Part shown: in pieces, positions 27,468 through 40,589 of the stretch
How the letters are laid out: each line of letters opens with the position of its first letter
Numbering within the stretch: the first letter of the stretch is position 1
Origin: Polyangiaceae bacterium
Lineage (GTDB): Bacteria > Myxococcota_A > Polyangia > Polyangiales > Polyangiaceae
Length of the DNA stretch: 64,000 nucleotides
Direction: 5' to 3'
NCBI GenBank assembly: GCA_965222375.1
Contig: CBDCTZ010000012.1
Coordinates: 192,001 to 256,000 of the forward strand
The notes under the pieces: generated by a model
The model's database searches: none
What the model was told of the DNA's origin: nothing
What the model saw: only the letters and a program-made list of their open reading frames with translations
Position numbers and translations under genes: made by a program

Positions 27468-28656
27468 GTGGCCTGGGTTACTTCGGCCACTTCGGAGGAC
27501 GGTTCGTAGCGGAAACCCTGGTTCCGGCCCTTGAGGAGCTCGACGCAGCCCGGCTTAGCATCGTTGGCTCCGAAGCGTTTCAGCGCAAGTGGCGTGAGCT
27601 GTTGCGCCACTACGTGGGGCGCCCGACGCCCCTATCCGACGCCGGGCGGCTCTGCGCAGATCTGGGCACGGATGATGTCGCGCTGTTGGCCCTCAAGCGA
27701 GAAGACCTGTGTCACACCGGCGCCCACAAGATCAACAACGCCCTTGGTCAGGTGCTCCTGGCCAAGGAGCTCGGCAAGACGCGGATCATTGCCGAGACCG
27801 GCGCCGGGCAACACGGCGTCGCAACCGCCACGGCGGCAGCGGTGCTCGAATTGCCCTGCGAGGTCTACATGGGGGAAGAAGACGTGGCACGCCAAGCTCC
27901 CAACGTGCTTCGCATGCGGATGCTCGGCGCCAGCGTCGTTCCGGTACAGAGCGGATCGCGCACGCTCAAAGACGCCATGAACGAGGCGCTCAGGGGACTG
28001 GGTCACGAATGTGCGCACCACTCACTACTGCGTCGGATCTGCCGCGGGCCCGCACCCGTATCCGACGTTGGTGGCGGATCTCCAGCGGGTGATCGGTGAC
28101 GAGGCGCGTCTGCAATGGGCCGAGCGCTTTGGTGGGTTGCCTGACAGCGTTGTCGCCTGCGTGGGGGGCGGCTCGAACGCTATCGGGATCTTCCGCGCGT
28201 TCATGGATGACGATGTGGCCCTGTTCGGAGTGGAAGCAGCCGGTAGTGGACTGCAAACCGAGCGGCATGCGGCGACCCTCACGCAGGGCAAGACGGGCGT
28301 GCTGCACGGGGCGAAGACCCTGGTCTTGTCCGATGCAGATGGCCAGATCCTGGAAGCTCACTCCGTGAGTGCGGGGCTGGACTACCCCGGGGTTGGGCCA
28401 GAGCATGCGGCCCTCCAGGCCAGCGGGCGGGCACACTATCTCGCGGTGGACGACGAAGCGGCGCTCTCGGCGGCACATCAGGTTGCGCGCACCGAGGGGA
28501 TCTTGATCGCGCTTGAAACGGCTCACGCTTTTCGCGGCGCTTCCTCAGATCGCCGCTCGCGAAGCGAAGCGTCTGGGTCGAGCCGCGAAGATCTTGGTCT
28601 GCTTGTCGGGGCGCGGGGACAAGGATCTCGAGACGCTGACGGAGCGAATGACGTGA
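27464..28656 (+). pseudogene. trpB: tryptophan synthase beta subunit with two +1 frameshifts (pseudogene or sequencing error)
   Basis: [54 protein letters not shown] motifs. Extra G in GGGG 27993-27996 and extra T in TTTT 28529-28532; correcting both restores EALRDWVTN and CLSGRGDKD...TGA 28656. Confidence 0.88.
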
Positions 28657-29465
28657 CTGCGGCACGCATCGACGACTGCATGGCGACGTGCAAAGGGGCG
28701 GGGCGTCCAGCCCTCATCATCTATCTGACCATCGGTGATCCATCCGTGGCCGACTCGCTGGCCTGCGCCCGGGCGGCCCTCGATGCGGGCGCGGACATAC
28801 TCGAGCTAGGCGTGCCCTTTTCAGACCCGTCCGCGGATGGGCCCACGATTGCCGACGCAAGTCGTCGCGCCATCGCCGGCGGCGGCAGCCTGCGAGCGGC
28901 TCTCGATGTGGCCCGACAACTGCGCGAAAGCTCCCAAGCTTCATTGGTGTTGTTCACCTACATGAATCCCGTCATCAGTTTTGGCGAGGCGGAGCTGCCC
29001 CGGGCAGCGGCGGCGGCGGGTATCGACGCGCTATTGATCGTGGACTTGCCGCCGGAAGAGGGGCAGGCGTTGCGCAGCGCGGCAGCGGGGGAAGAGCTCG
29101 CGGTGATTCCCTTGCTGGCGCCTACGACACCGCCCGAGCGCATGGCCATGTTGGCAAAGAGCGGGCGCGGCTTCGCCTACTACGTGTCGGTCACCGGAGT
29201 GACGGGCAGCAAACAAGTCCCGCTGGAGGCGGCTGCGCAGGCGGCCACCTCCCTTTCCCGAGAGCATGGCCTGCCCGTCGTGGTCGGTTTCGGCATCGAC
29301 TCCGCCGACAAGGCCGGGGAATTAGCTCGGGCGGGCGTGGATGGCGTGGTGGTAGGCAGTGCCGTGGTTCGGAAGATCGCGGCCGGCAGCGACGCCGAGT
29401 CGCGGGCGGCCAATACGCGCGGCTTGGTTGCCGAACTCAGCGCTGCACTGGAAGGGTCCCGGTAA
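28653..29465 (+). CDS. trpA: tryptophan synthase alpha subunit
   Basis: [45 protein letters not shown] motifs. GTG start overlaps the trpB stop (GTGA). Confidence 0.93.
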   Translation: MTAARIDDCMATCKGAGRPALIIYLTIGDPSVADSLACARAALDAGADILELGVPFSDPSADGPTIADASRRAIAGGGSLRAALDVARQLRESSQASLVLFTYMNPVISFGEAELPRAAAAAGIDALLIVDLPPEEGQALRSAAAGEELAVIPLLAPTTPPERMAMLAKSGRGFAYYVSVTGVTGSKQVPLEAAAQAATSLSREHGLPVVVGFGIDSADKAGELARAGVDGVVVGSAVVRKIAAGSDAESRAANTRGLVAELSAALEGSR

Positions 29466-29467
29466 CA

Positions 29468-30427
29468 GTGATGTCAAAGCGGTGCTGGTCGCTCGCGTGT
29501 TTGTGCTTGCTGCTTTTCGCATGCGAGCGAAGTTCGAAGCCATCTGCTGGTAAGTCCTCCCTGGTATCCCCGACGAGCTCCAGCTCAGCTGCCTCGCGAG
29601 CGGCCGGCAAGGCCAGCGCGACGGCGCGGCCCGCAAAGCCGCTGCCCAAAGACCCGATGAAGTTGGGGCCGCTGCCGGTTCCGGAACCCCCAGGGCTTTC
29701 GAAGCGGCCCCTCGTTGCCGTCTACGAGCACGATCCCTGGGCCATGGTGATTGGCTCCGACGTCCCCAGTTTCGTGCTCTACGCGAACGGCAGTGTCATC
29801 ACCTCGCCCCAAGCGGGCGAAGCGCCGGGGCGCGTGGCGGGCACGATCAGCGAAGCCGACAAGTTTGCCACCGATGTTCATGAGTTGCTGAAGGCGGAGC
29901 CCGAGCGCCGGTCGCTCAGTCTGACTACGGATCAGGCCAACACGGTATTCTTGGTTCGCACGGATGCGGGTTGGATCTACCGCTCCGTCTACGGCATGAC
30001 TCGAGGCTGCAAACCGACCCAGCAAGATGCCAAGCCCGTGCCGGCTGCTATCCGTTCGGTGTGTTCCAAGATCGAGGCCCTGAATGTTTCCGGGCGAGGC
30101 CCATGGGTGCCACAGAAAATCGAAGTCATGCGCTGGGGGTTCGAGCATTCACGACTCAAACCGAGGCCCTGGCCAGCGTCGGTGCCCGCACCGCCGCCAG
30201 GCGCTCCGCCGAAGTCCGGCGTGAAGAGTCACTTCATCGACGCCAAACACCGCGACTCCCTCAAGGCGTTCCTCGCTTCCTTGAAGCAGAGCCAGGCCGT
30301 TGGCCATGCCGGGCACAAGTGGTCCGTGCGACAGCGCGCCGTCGTTCCAGCTGATCGCTACCTCGCGAAGGTGCGGCGTACCGCTCAGATCCGCTACGCG
30401 CGTGAGTTCAGCCGCAGAAAGCCGTAG
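29468..30427 (+). CDS. hypothetical lipoprotein
   Basis: LLLFAC lipobox, Ser/Ala/Pro linker, then a globular domain. Confidence 0.65.
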   Translation: MMSKRCWSLACLCLLLFACERSSKPSAGKSSLVSPTSSSSAASRAAGKASATARPAKPLPKDPMKLGPLPVPEPPGLSKRPLVAVYEHDPWAMVIGSDVPSFVLYANGSVITSPQAGEAPGRVAGTISEADKFATDVHELLKAEPERRSLSLTTDQANTVFLVRTDAGWIYRSVYGMTRGCKPTQQDAKPVPAAIRSVCSKIEALNVSGRGPWVPQKIEVMRWGFEHSRLKPRPWPASVPAPPPGAPPKSGVKSHFIDAKHRDSLKAFLASLKQSQAVGHAGHKWSVRQRAVVPADRYLAKVRRTAQIRYAREFSRRKP

Positions 30428-30482
30428 CGCCGCGCTCCGGAGCCCGTTGCGAGATTAGGGGCCCAGCGCCGCCCCAGCGCTC

Positions 30483-30513
30483 ACCCCTTCGGGCATCGCG
30501 AAGCGCGTCACAA
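30483..30513. repeat. dispersed repeat copy, inverted relative to 62304-62349
   Basis: GGCATCGCGAAGCGCGTCACAA (30492-30513) is the exact reverse complement of 62304-62325; ACCCCTTCGGG (30483-30493) matches 62339-62349. Confidence 0.75.
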
Positions 30514-30642
30514 ACGCGTCGACCCCAAACCATAGTCGAAGTGGAAGCGTAGCTTGGTCTGATGTCAGCTCCTCGAAGCGCCCTAGGGATCGATTCATCA
30601 CGGGCGCCGATTGGAGCGCAAGTGGCGAAGAACGCGGTGTCC

Positions 30643-33126
30643 CTACTCCGCCGGTGCGGGTTTTGGAGCCGCAGGGGCCGGTGCCGGGGGTCCCTCGGAA
30701 TGGATGCGCATGCGGTAAAAGCTGCGCCATACGAAGACCAGGGTGACGACGAAGAAGACGGCGGCAAGTATCGTACTCGTTTCCCGGCCCAGCTGCAGCG
30801 CCAGCTCGACCGCCAGCAAGCCGAACAGGGTCGTGAACTTGATCACCGGGTTCATGGCCACGCTGCTCGTGTCCTTGAAGGGGTCCCCAACGGTGTCGCC
30901 GACGATGGTGGCATCGTGAAGCTCCGAGCCCTTCTCCTTCAACTCCACTTCGACGATCTTCTTGGCGTTGTCCCATGCGCCACCCGAGTTTGCGAGGAAC
31001 AGCGCCTGAAACAACCCAAAGAGAGCGATGCTGATCAGGTAGCCGACGAAGAAGAAGGGTTCGGCGCAGGCGAAGGCCAAGGTGCCGAAGAAGATGGCTA
31101 GGAAGATGTTGAACATGCCTCTTTGCGCGTAGTTGGTGCAGATTTCCACCACCCGCTTGCTGTCTTCGATGTTGGCTTTCTCTTCGCCATCGAGGCGAAT
31201 GTTCCTCTTGATGAACTCAACGGCGCGATAGGCGCCTGTGGTCACGGCTTGCGTGGAAGCGCCCGTGAACCAGAAGATCATCGCGCCACCCGCGATCAGG
31301 CCCAGGAGGAACGGTGGATGCAAGACCGAGAGCTGCGCGAGGTTTTCCCTGAGGCCGCTGGTCAAGACCACGATGATGCTGAAGATCATCGTGGTCGCGC
31401 CCACCACCGCAGTGCCGATCAGCACAGGCTTGGCCGTTGCTTTGAAGGTGTTGCCCGCCCCGTCGTTTTCCTCGAGCATGTGCTTGGCGCGATCCCAGGA
31501 CACATTGACGGAGAAGTCCTTTTGTAGCTGCTCTTCCACGTCTTCGATCTGCTCGATCATCGAAAGCTCGTAGACGCTTTGGGCGTTGTCGGTGACTGGG
31601 CCGTAGCTGTCCACAGCGATGGTCACGGGACCCATGCCCAAGAAACCAAAGGCCACCAACCCGAAGGCGAAAACCGCGGGGGCCAACATGAGCTCGGCCA
31701 GGCCGAGGCTGGCCACGTAGTAGCTGGTGCCCATCAGCACCATCAGCACGATCCCCATCCAGAAGGCGCTGAAGTTGCCTGCGGTCATGCCCGAAAGGAT
31801 GTTCAAAGACGCGCCGCCTTCTCTCGCCGACGTCACGACTTCATCCACATGCTTGCTTCCCGTGGAAGTGAACACCTTGATCAGCTCGGGAATCACCGCG
31901 CCGGCCAGGGTGCCGCAACTGATGATGACACTCAGCTTCCACCACAAGCTGGGGTCGCCGCCCAATTCCGGGATCAGCAAGTACGACACCAAGAAGGTCA
32001 ATGCGATGCTGACGATCGACGTCAACCACACCAAGGTGGTCAGCGGGGCTTCGAAGTTGGAGCGGCCATCCTTGCCGAAGCTGGCCTTCTGCACTGCTTG
32101 GTTGGCCAGATAGCTCGCGCCGCTGGCCACGATCATCATGATCCGCATCGCAAAGATCCAGACCAGGAGCTGAACCTGGAGCAGTTCCTGGGGCACGGCG
32201 AGCAAGATGAAGGTGATCAGCGCAACCCCAGTCACGCCATAGGTCTCGAAGCCGTCGGCGGAGGGTCCGACGCTATCGCCTGCGTTGTCCCCGGTGCAGT
32301 CGGCGATGACGCCGGGATTGCGAACGTCATCTTCCTTGATCTTGAACACGATCTTCATCAGGTCGCTGCCAATGTCCGCGATCTTGGTGAAAATCCCGCC
32401 GGCGATGCGCAGCGCGGAGGCGCCCAAGGACTCGCCAATGGCAAAGCCGATGAAGCAGGCGCCCGCGTAGTCCCGCGGAATGAAGAGCAAGATCGCCAGC
32501 ATGATCAACAACTCGACGCTGATCAGAGCCATGCCGATGCTCATTCCGGCTTTCAGAGGAATGGCGTAGACGGGGTAGGGGTTGCCCGAGAGGCTTGCGA
32601 AGGCCGTCCGGGAGTTGGCGTAGGTGTTGATGCGGATGCCGTACCAAGCAACCCCGTAGCTGCCGGCGATCCCGATCAAAGAGAACGCCAGGATGATCAA
32701 GACCTTGATCGCGTCCATCTTCTGCAGCACGCCGAAGTAGATCAAGATGATGGCGCCAATGAAGACTTCGAGTAGCAGGATGAACTTGCCCTGGGTGATC
32801 AAGTAGGTCTTGCAGGTTTCGTAGATCAGTTCGCTGATCTCGCGCATGGACTTGTGGACGGGGAGGTTCTTGACTTGCAGCAGAGTCACGTAGCCAAAAA
32901 CCAAGCCGAGGGCGCAAACCGCGAGCCCCAACATCAGGAGCTGTTTGCCGTTCATGCCGAGCATCTGCACGGCTTCTAGGTCCGGCAAAACCAGGTTGGC
33001 CTCACCCCCGTGCTGTGGGCTGCGGGCGAAGGCTCGCGGCGCTGCCAAGAGCGTGGCGGCCAGGCTGAGTAGCATGGTCAAGCCGAGGGAAACCCGGCGC
33101 ATGGCACCGCACACAGACTGAGACAT
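30643..33126 (-). CDS. hppA: membrane-bound ion-translocating pyrophosphatase, K+-independent signature
   Basis: GGIFTKIADIGSDL, EDDVRNPGVIAD.TGDNAGD, DSYGPVTDNA, GNTFKA (Lys), GGAWDNAKK, GDTVGDPFKD motifs. Confidence 0.93.
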   Translation of the reverse strand: MSQSVCGAMRRVSLGLTMLLSLAATLLAAPRAFARSPQHGGEANLVLPDLEAVQMLGMNGKQLLMLGLAVCALGLVFGYVTLLQVKNLPVHKSMREISELIYETCKTYLITQGKFILLLEVFIGAIILIYFGVLQKMDAIKVLIILAFSLIGIAGSYGVAWYGIRINTYANSRTAFASLSGNPYPVYAIPLKAGMSIGMALISVELLIMLAILLFIPRDYAGACFIGFAIGESLGASALRIAGGIFTKIADIGSDLMKIVFKIKEDDVRNPGVIADCTGDNAGDSVGPSADGFETYGVTGVALITFILLAVPQELLQVQLLVWIFAMRIMMIVASGASYLANQAVQKASFGKDGRSNFEAPLTTLVWLTSIVSIALTFLVSYLLIPELGGDPSLWWKLSVIISCGTLAGAVIPELIKVFTSTGSKHVDEVVTSAREGGASLNILSGMTAGNFSAFWMGIVLMVLMGTSYYVASLGLAELMLAPAVFAFGLVAFGFLGMGPVTIAVDSYGPVTDNAQSVYELSMIEQIEDVEEQLQKDFSVNVSWDRAKHMLEENDGAGNTFKATAKPVLIGTAVVGATTMIFSIIVVLTSGLRENLAQLSVLHPPFLLGLIAGGAMIFWFTGASTQAVTTGAYRAVEFIKRNIRLDGEEKANIEDSKRVVEICTNYAQRGMFNIFLAIFFGTLAFACAEPFFFVGYLISIALFGLFQALFLANSGGAWDNAKKIVEVELKEKGSELHDATIVGDTVGDPFKDTSSVAMNPVIKFTTLFGLLAVELALQLGRETSTILAAVFFVVTLVFVWRSFYRMRIHSEGPPAPAPAAPKPAPAE

Positions 33127-33264
33127 GGAAACGATCCTCCGCAGCTGTCGAGGGTGAGTTCAGCGTCCGCGCCCCCGTTGGGAATGGTCCCTCGCAGCGG
33201 CGCGGGTGTACCGCAGCCGCGCGTGCCTGCCAACGCGGGCCACCGTGAAAAGGTCGGAACTAGC

Positions 33265-34413
33265 TCAGCTTCGCCGGCGCAGCAGCGCCAAGGCCAAAGC
33301 ACCGAATGCCAGCAGGGCGCCAGGAGCGCGCCGGGGCGTCGCTGGAACGCGGCAACTACAGCCGCCATCGTCGTTGCCGATGCGCCGCGTTTGCTGTTTG
33401 CCGCCGCCGTCGCTCGTTCCGCCACTGCCTGAGGATCCTGCGGAGCCCGCCGTGCCGCCTCCGCCCCCACTGCCTGCGAGCCCCGCATCCGGGCCCGCAC
33501 CCGCGGCGCCTGCGTCAGGCAAGGTCGTGCCGCCAAAACAATTCGACTCGTGGGTCGCGCGCTTGGCGCTGCAATCCGTCGGAGACGCGCAGCTGGGTTC
33601 GGGCAGAGCTGGGGGGGAACCCGAACCGCCCACGTCCGCCGGGTTGGGGTAGGCGAGGGCTACGCTTTCCCAGCGCGGAGGTGTTCCCGCGGGAAACTCC
33701 ACGTAGCCGAATACTTTCTCCTGGTACGGGCTGGCGCCTCCGACCTTCGGATCCCAAACGCCCCGACTCGACTTGTAGGTGGGGTTACTCGGGTTGTTGC
33801 TATAGGCCAGACCGTTGTAGGCCCAAGTTGCGGTGTACCAGTGTTCGATGGTTGTCGGCTGCCGGTCCCCGACGCACTTGGTTGCGCGCCACTTCGCTGC
33901 GAAGATCTGCGCGCCGGTGGCCATGTTGTAGACGGGTTCTGCGGCCACTCGCTTCTGATCGAAGGCTGGAGTTTCGCCCTTGTGCATCCCGCTGGTCACC
34001 TGACCTATGCCGTAGCCGCAGTCAAAAGAGATGATGGTGCGGGATGGCCCGCCAACTTGATCCGACGGGGATGTGGGAACGCAGAATTGCGTCCACGCGC
34101 TCTCGCGCTGGGCGATGGCCTTGAGCAACTCGCAGGCGAACTTCGGCGGAGCGTTGGTCACAGGTGTCGGCTTGTCGCAACCCTGCTTGATGTCGGAGAT
34201 GTTTGGGCCTTGATTGCCCCAGGCGTTTGGGCCCTGAGCGATCAAATCGAAGGTCTTCTGCCACTCAGCGACGGACGGGTTGGTGCCATTGACGGCCTCC
34301 ACGCCGCAGTTGTGAGTGTTGTTGCTGCTGGAGAGCGTGTAGCTGGGGCACGCGGCTCGAGCCGACCCGCCGAGCAACAGCAGCGATACGCCCAGCGCCC
34401 AGTGCCGGATCAT
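33265..34413 (-). CDS. secreted lytic-transglycosylase-like protein with MYXO-CTERM sorting signal
   Basis: Signal peptide; LKAIAQRES, GYGIGQV, AYNG lysozyme-like motifs; Gly-rich linker; GGCSC + TM + RRR C-terminus. Confidence 0.75.
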   Translation of the reverse strand: MIRHWALGVSLLLLGGSARAACPSYTLSSSNNTHNCGVEAVNGTNPSVAEWQKTFDLIAQGPNAWGNQGPNISDIKQGCDKPTPVTNAPPKFACELLKAIAQRESAWTQFCVPTSPSDQVGGPSRTIISFDCGYGIGQVTSGMHKGETPAFDQKRVAAEPVYNMATGAQIFAAKWRATKCVGDRQPTTIEHWYTATWAYNGLAYSNNPSNPTYKSSRGVWDPKVGGASPYQEKVFGYVEFPAGTPPRWESVALAYPNPADVGGSGSPPALPEPSCASPTDCSAKRATHESNCFGGTTLPDAGAAGAGPDAGLAGSGGGGGTAGSAGSSGSGGTSDGGGKQQTRRIGNDDGGCSCRVPATPRRAPGALLAFGALALALLRRRS

Positions 34414-35504
34414 GGTGACACCCCGGCGATGCTGTGACGTTGGCCTTCGGGCAGTGACAACACGTGAAGCCGTCGGCTCTTGGTGTCGTACACATAAGGT
34501 ACGCTGAACTTGCTGGGCACGTGATGCTCGAGCGCAACCCAGGGATCCCCCACCGCGCGCACTTCGTCGAAGCCGGCGCCCAGAGGGCGAACGGGGCCGT
34601 TGCCTCCTAGGACCCGGCCACCCAAGGCGTCGTTGACCATCACGCCGCCACCGGGCCAGAAGCTCGGCGTGACTCGCATGTCTTCGGCTCTTGCCAGGCT
34701 GATTCGTTCACCACTCTTCAGGGTGATCCGCTCGACCTGCCAACCTGCGGCGTCGCGATTCGAGAAGTAGAGGTGCCCCTGAGTTGGGTCGATGGAGAAG
34801 TCCCGAGCGAAGGCTGGAATCGACGGCGCCAGGGTGCGCACGCCGCCGGCGTCCAGATCGACGGCGACGAGATCGGCGTGTTGGAACCACACGCGGTACA
34901 AGACGACTTCGTTTTTGTAGCTGCCAGCAATGTGGGTCGTGTAGCCGGTGATGGAGTGCAGGGTCTTTACGTGCCCTACGTCGTCGAACACATCCACGCT
35001 CAGGTTGTCGGAGCGTAGCTTGCCCGCCGCCACGTCTTCCGGGCTGAGGGCAGCGCCTGGCGAGCCGCGCTGCACGACGACTCGGCCGTCGGCAAGGGCG
35101 AGGGGTTGCGAGGCGTACACCAGTCCGGTGGAAAGCTTGCGGGGCAGCTCCCCGGAGGCGAGCGCCCACAAAGAGGAGCGGAAGGAGCGCTCCTTTCCTG
35201 GCTCGGTCTCCGCCACCGCAAAGACGCGTCCCGTTTGGGGGACCAGCTGGCCGCGGACTTCTCCGTCCGGAAGGTGCTCGAGGCTGGCGATGGGTGGGAC
35301 TGCTGCCGACGCGTGAACTGGCTGCAGGCGCAGGGAGCTGTGGCTGGCGCCCGGCGTGGTCGACAAGATCGCGATGCGCGGTCCGGCCTGGGTTTTTTTC
35401 TGCAAGGGCGCAGGGGCTACGCGGGTGGGCGGAGGGGGCTGTGGCGAGTCGCTGGTGTCGCAGGCGAGCGCAGCGACCAGACTCAGCGCAAGAAACCTCC
35501 GCAT
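34410..35504 (-). CDS. hypothetical lipoprotein, probably beta-propeller
   Basis: ALAC lipobox, Pro linker, repeated beta-strand pattern; ATGA overlap with the downstream gene. Confidence 0.65.
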   Translation of the reverse strand: MRRFLALSLVAALACDTSDSPQPPPPTRVAPAPLQKKTQAGPRIAILSTTPGASHSSLRLQPVHASAAVPPIASLEHLPDGEVRGQLVPQTGRVFAVAETEPGKERSFRSSLWALASGELPRKLSTGLVYASQPLALADGRVVVQRGSPGAALSPEDVAAGKLRSDNLSVDVFDDVGHVKTLHSITGYTTHIAGSYKNEVVLYRVWFQHADLVAVDLDAGGVRTLAPSIPAFARDFSIDPTQGHLYFSNRDAAGWQVERITLKSGERISLARAEDMRVTPSFWPGGGVMVNDALGGRVLGGNGPVRPLGAGFDEVRAVGDPWVALEHHVPSKFSVPYVYDTKSRRLHVLSLPEGQRHSIAGVSP

Positions 35505-35564
35505 CCCACGAGAGTACAGGATGAGCGGCCTGCCGCCCAGCCCGCTCCGGCCTGAAACAAGCGC

Positions 35565-36203
35565 TCAGCTGGCGAGGGAGACGTTGAGCTCCACGATGGC
35601 AGTGCCAAGGGGGGAGCTCTCCACGAAAGCGCCGGTTGCATATCCTCCACCGGGTGCTTCGCCGACGCTGCCGACGCTGATGATCCGAACGTTATCCACT
35701 TGGCGTTGAAAGAGCTCATGACTGCCGCCGCAAACGATGATGTCGGCAGGGTCGTCTCCGATCAGGGCGGAGAGCTCCTGCTCGGTCATGTCAGAAGTGA
35801 AGCACTCCGTAGGGTCCATGGGAGAACCGTGCACGATGAGCAACTCACTGCCGTCGGCCAGCGGCAGCCGCGCTGTCGGGGGCAACTTGCCCAGGCGCGC
35901 TACGATCAGGTCGCCCAATTCCTGTCTCACGGCCGTGAGGCGCTGAATCCGCGCCTCTGCCTCTTCGGACGTGGCCCTCAGCCGTGATGGGTCGACTTCG
36001 AATACCGCGCGGTCCCCAACTCCCTGAACACAGACTGCTTTCAACTCCAGCAGGGTGCGCCAGGTCTCCAGCGGCTCCGGGCCCGGGAACAACAGGTCGC
36101 CACACACGATCAGTTGGTCGAAGCCAGTTTCCCCGGCTTCCTTGAGGATCGCCTGCAGAGCGGCGTGGTGACCATGGATGTCGGAAACGCACAGGAAGCG
36201 CAT
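35565..36203 (-). CDS. metallophosphoesterase family protein
   Basis: SDIHG, CGDL, HGSP, GSVG motifs. The usual GNHD and GHxH are altered to GVGD and GGSH. Confidence 0.85.
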   Translation of the reverse strand: MRFLCVSDIHGHHAALQAILKEAGETGFDQLIVCGDLLFPGPEPLETWRTLLELKAVCVQGVGDRAVFEVDPSRLRATSEEAEARIQRLTAVRQELGDLIVARLGKLPPTARLPLADGSELLIVHGSPMDPTECFTSDMTEQELSALIGDDPADIIVCGGSHELFQRQVDNVRIISVGSVGEAPGGGYATGAFVESSPLGTAIVELNVSLAS

Positions 36204-36233
36204 GGCCGGCCATCCTAGTCGAGCCCTAGCGGA

Positions 36234-39188
<2,955 letters not shown>

Positions 39189-39194
<6 letters not shown>

Positions 39195-40529
39195 ACAGCA
39201 CACGGTCGTCCGGTCCTTGCGAGTGACCTTGCCCGTGGGCAGTGACGGCTGAGGATCGCAGCTCGGGGACTTCGTGAACGTGGGCGTCGAGGAAGTCGCC
39301 CAAAGGCCATCGTGGCAGGTGGACGTGGTCACCGGATCCGGGCTCGAACATTTCGAGCTGTTGTCCATGCTGACGTTCGCCGTGCAACTGCCTCCAACGC
39401 TGCAGCTGCATGCAGTGCAGCCTCGGGTATCGTCCACGTCGGTATAGATCTGAAACGACAGCAGGTACGGGGATGGACAGGTCTGGTCGCCGGCACGAGC
39501 TACGCAGACCTTGGCCGAATACGGCGCCGGTGCGGGCGGTACACAGGTCGACTTGAGGCCGCAACCACCCCCGACACTCGCCCCGCCGCAGAGGGCGCGA
39601 TTCGGGGCCCACTGCACCTTCGGCAGCGTGGTCTTTCCCGTCGTTTTCGGCGCGCAGCTAGCTTGAACCGAGAGCCCCGAGAAACGCACTCGGTGTGGCC
39701 AGTCCGACGGCGGCGAGGCGAGGGCTGCACATGTGCCATCGAGCACCTTGTTCACGTACTTGACGGAGCCACCGCTACAGTTCCAACCCGCGGTGTAGTA
39801 CTTCGTGAACTTGGCGACGCACACGGCGTCTTGCGGGCTGCCGCAGCTACAGCTCGGACAGCTCGCAGGCGAAGCGCTCGGCGTGACGCCGCCTTCCGCG
39901 ATCCGCTTCGGGAAGTTGGCCGGACAGCTCGGTGCGGTGTCCGCTCCGGTATAAAAGACGTGAGGCCCCTGCCATCCCGCCGGTACGGCGGGCGCGCACT
40001 GATAGCCGTGGGCCGCGCAGTCCGTGTCCGCACAATCCACTGCGCCATCAAAGTCGTCGTCCAGTCCGTTGCTGCAGTTCTCGATTCCCGTGCTACCGGC
40101 GTCGCTGGGCGCACCTGCGCTCCCCGCGACGGCACCACCGCCAGCGCTGCCCGCCTCGGCGGCGGCTGCACCAGCGCCGCCCAGCCCTGTCACGCCACCG
40201 GTTTCCGTGCTCGGGAAGCCGCCCGTAGCGCCGCCTGTGCCAAGATCGATCCCGCTGTCTTGGGGTGCTGCACCGGCTCCGGCTTGGCCGCTACCGCCCG
40301 TGAGTTGCACCGTATTGGGATCGCCGCCACCCACGAGGTCCTCGCTCGATGCCGAGGTCAAACTGCACGCCGCGCTGAGCCACGCACCGGCGAGCAGCGC
40401 GAGCTTCGGAGGTCGGACCCTTCGTGGGTGGTCTGCTCCAGTCACTCGGTGGTTGGGTGCAGCAAACCGCAACAATGCCGCGGCCTTGAGCAACCCGGAG
40501 TTTTTCGTGTATTTCGAGAACGTAGGCAT
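39189..40529 (-). CDS. Cys-rich myxobacterial lipoprotein
   Basis: LSAAC lipobox, Gly-rich linker, ENCSNGLDDDFDGAVDCADTDC metal-binding-like repeat, many Cys. Start uncertain. Confidence 0.7.
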
Positions 40530-40561
40530 GGCGATTCCAATGTGACTGCAATCGCCATGCC
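40525..40561. promoter_or_regulatory. 12-bp perfect inverted repeat in a divergent promoter region
   Basis: GGCATGGCGATT (40525-40536) ... AATCGCCATGCC (40550-40561). Confidence 0.45.
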
Positions 40562-40589
40562 GCGGACGCGTGGACTACGCTGACCCGCC

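Noticed and set aside
28011..29465. Apparent TrpB-TrpA fusion protein (484 aa ORF)
   Set aside because: Artefact of the second frameshift. The true TrpB C-terminus (SGRGDKD) is in another frame and trpA has its own GTG at 28653.
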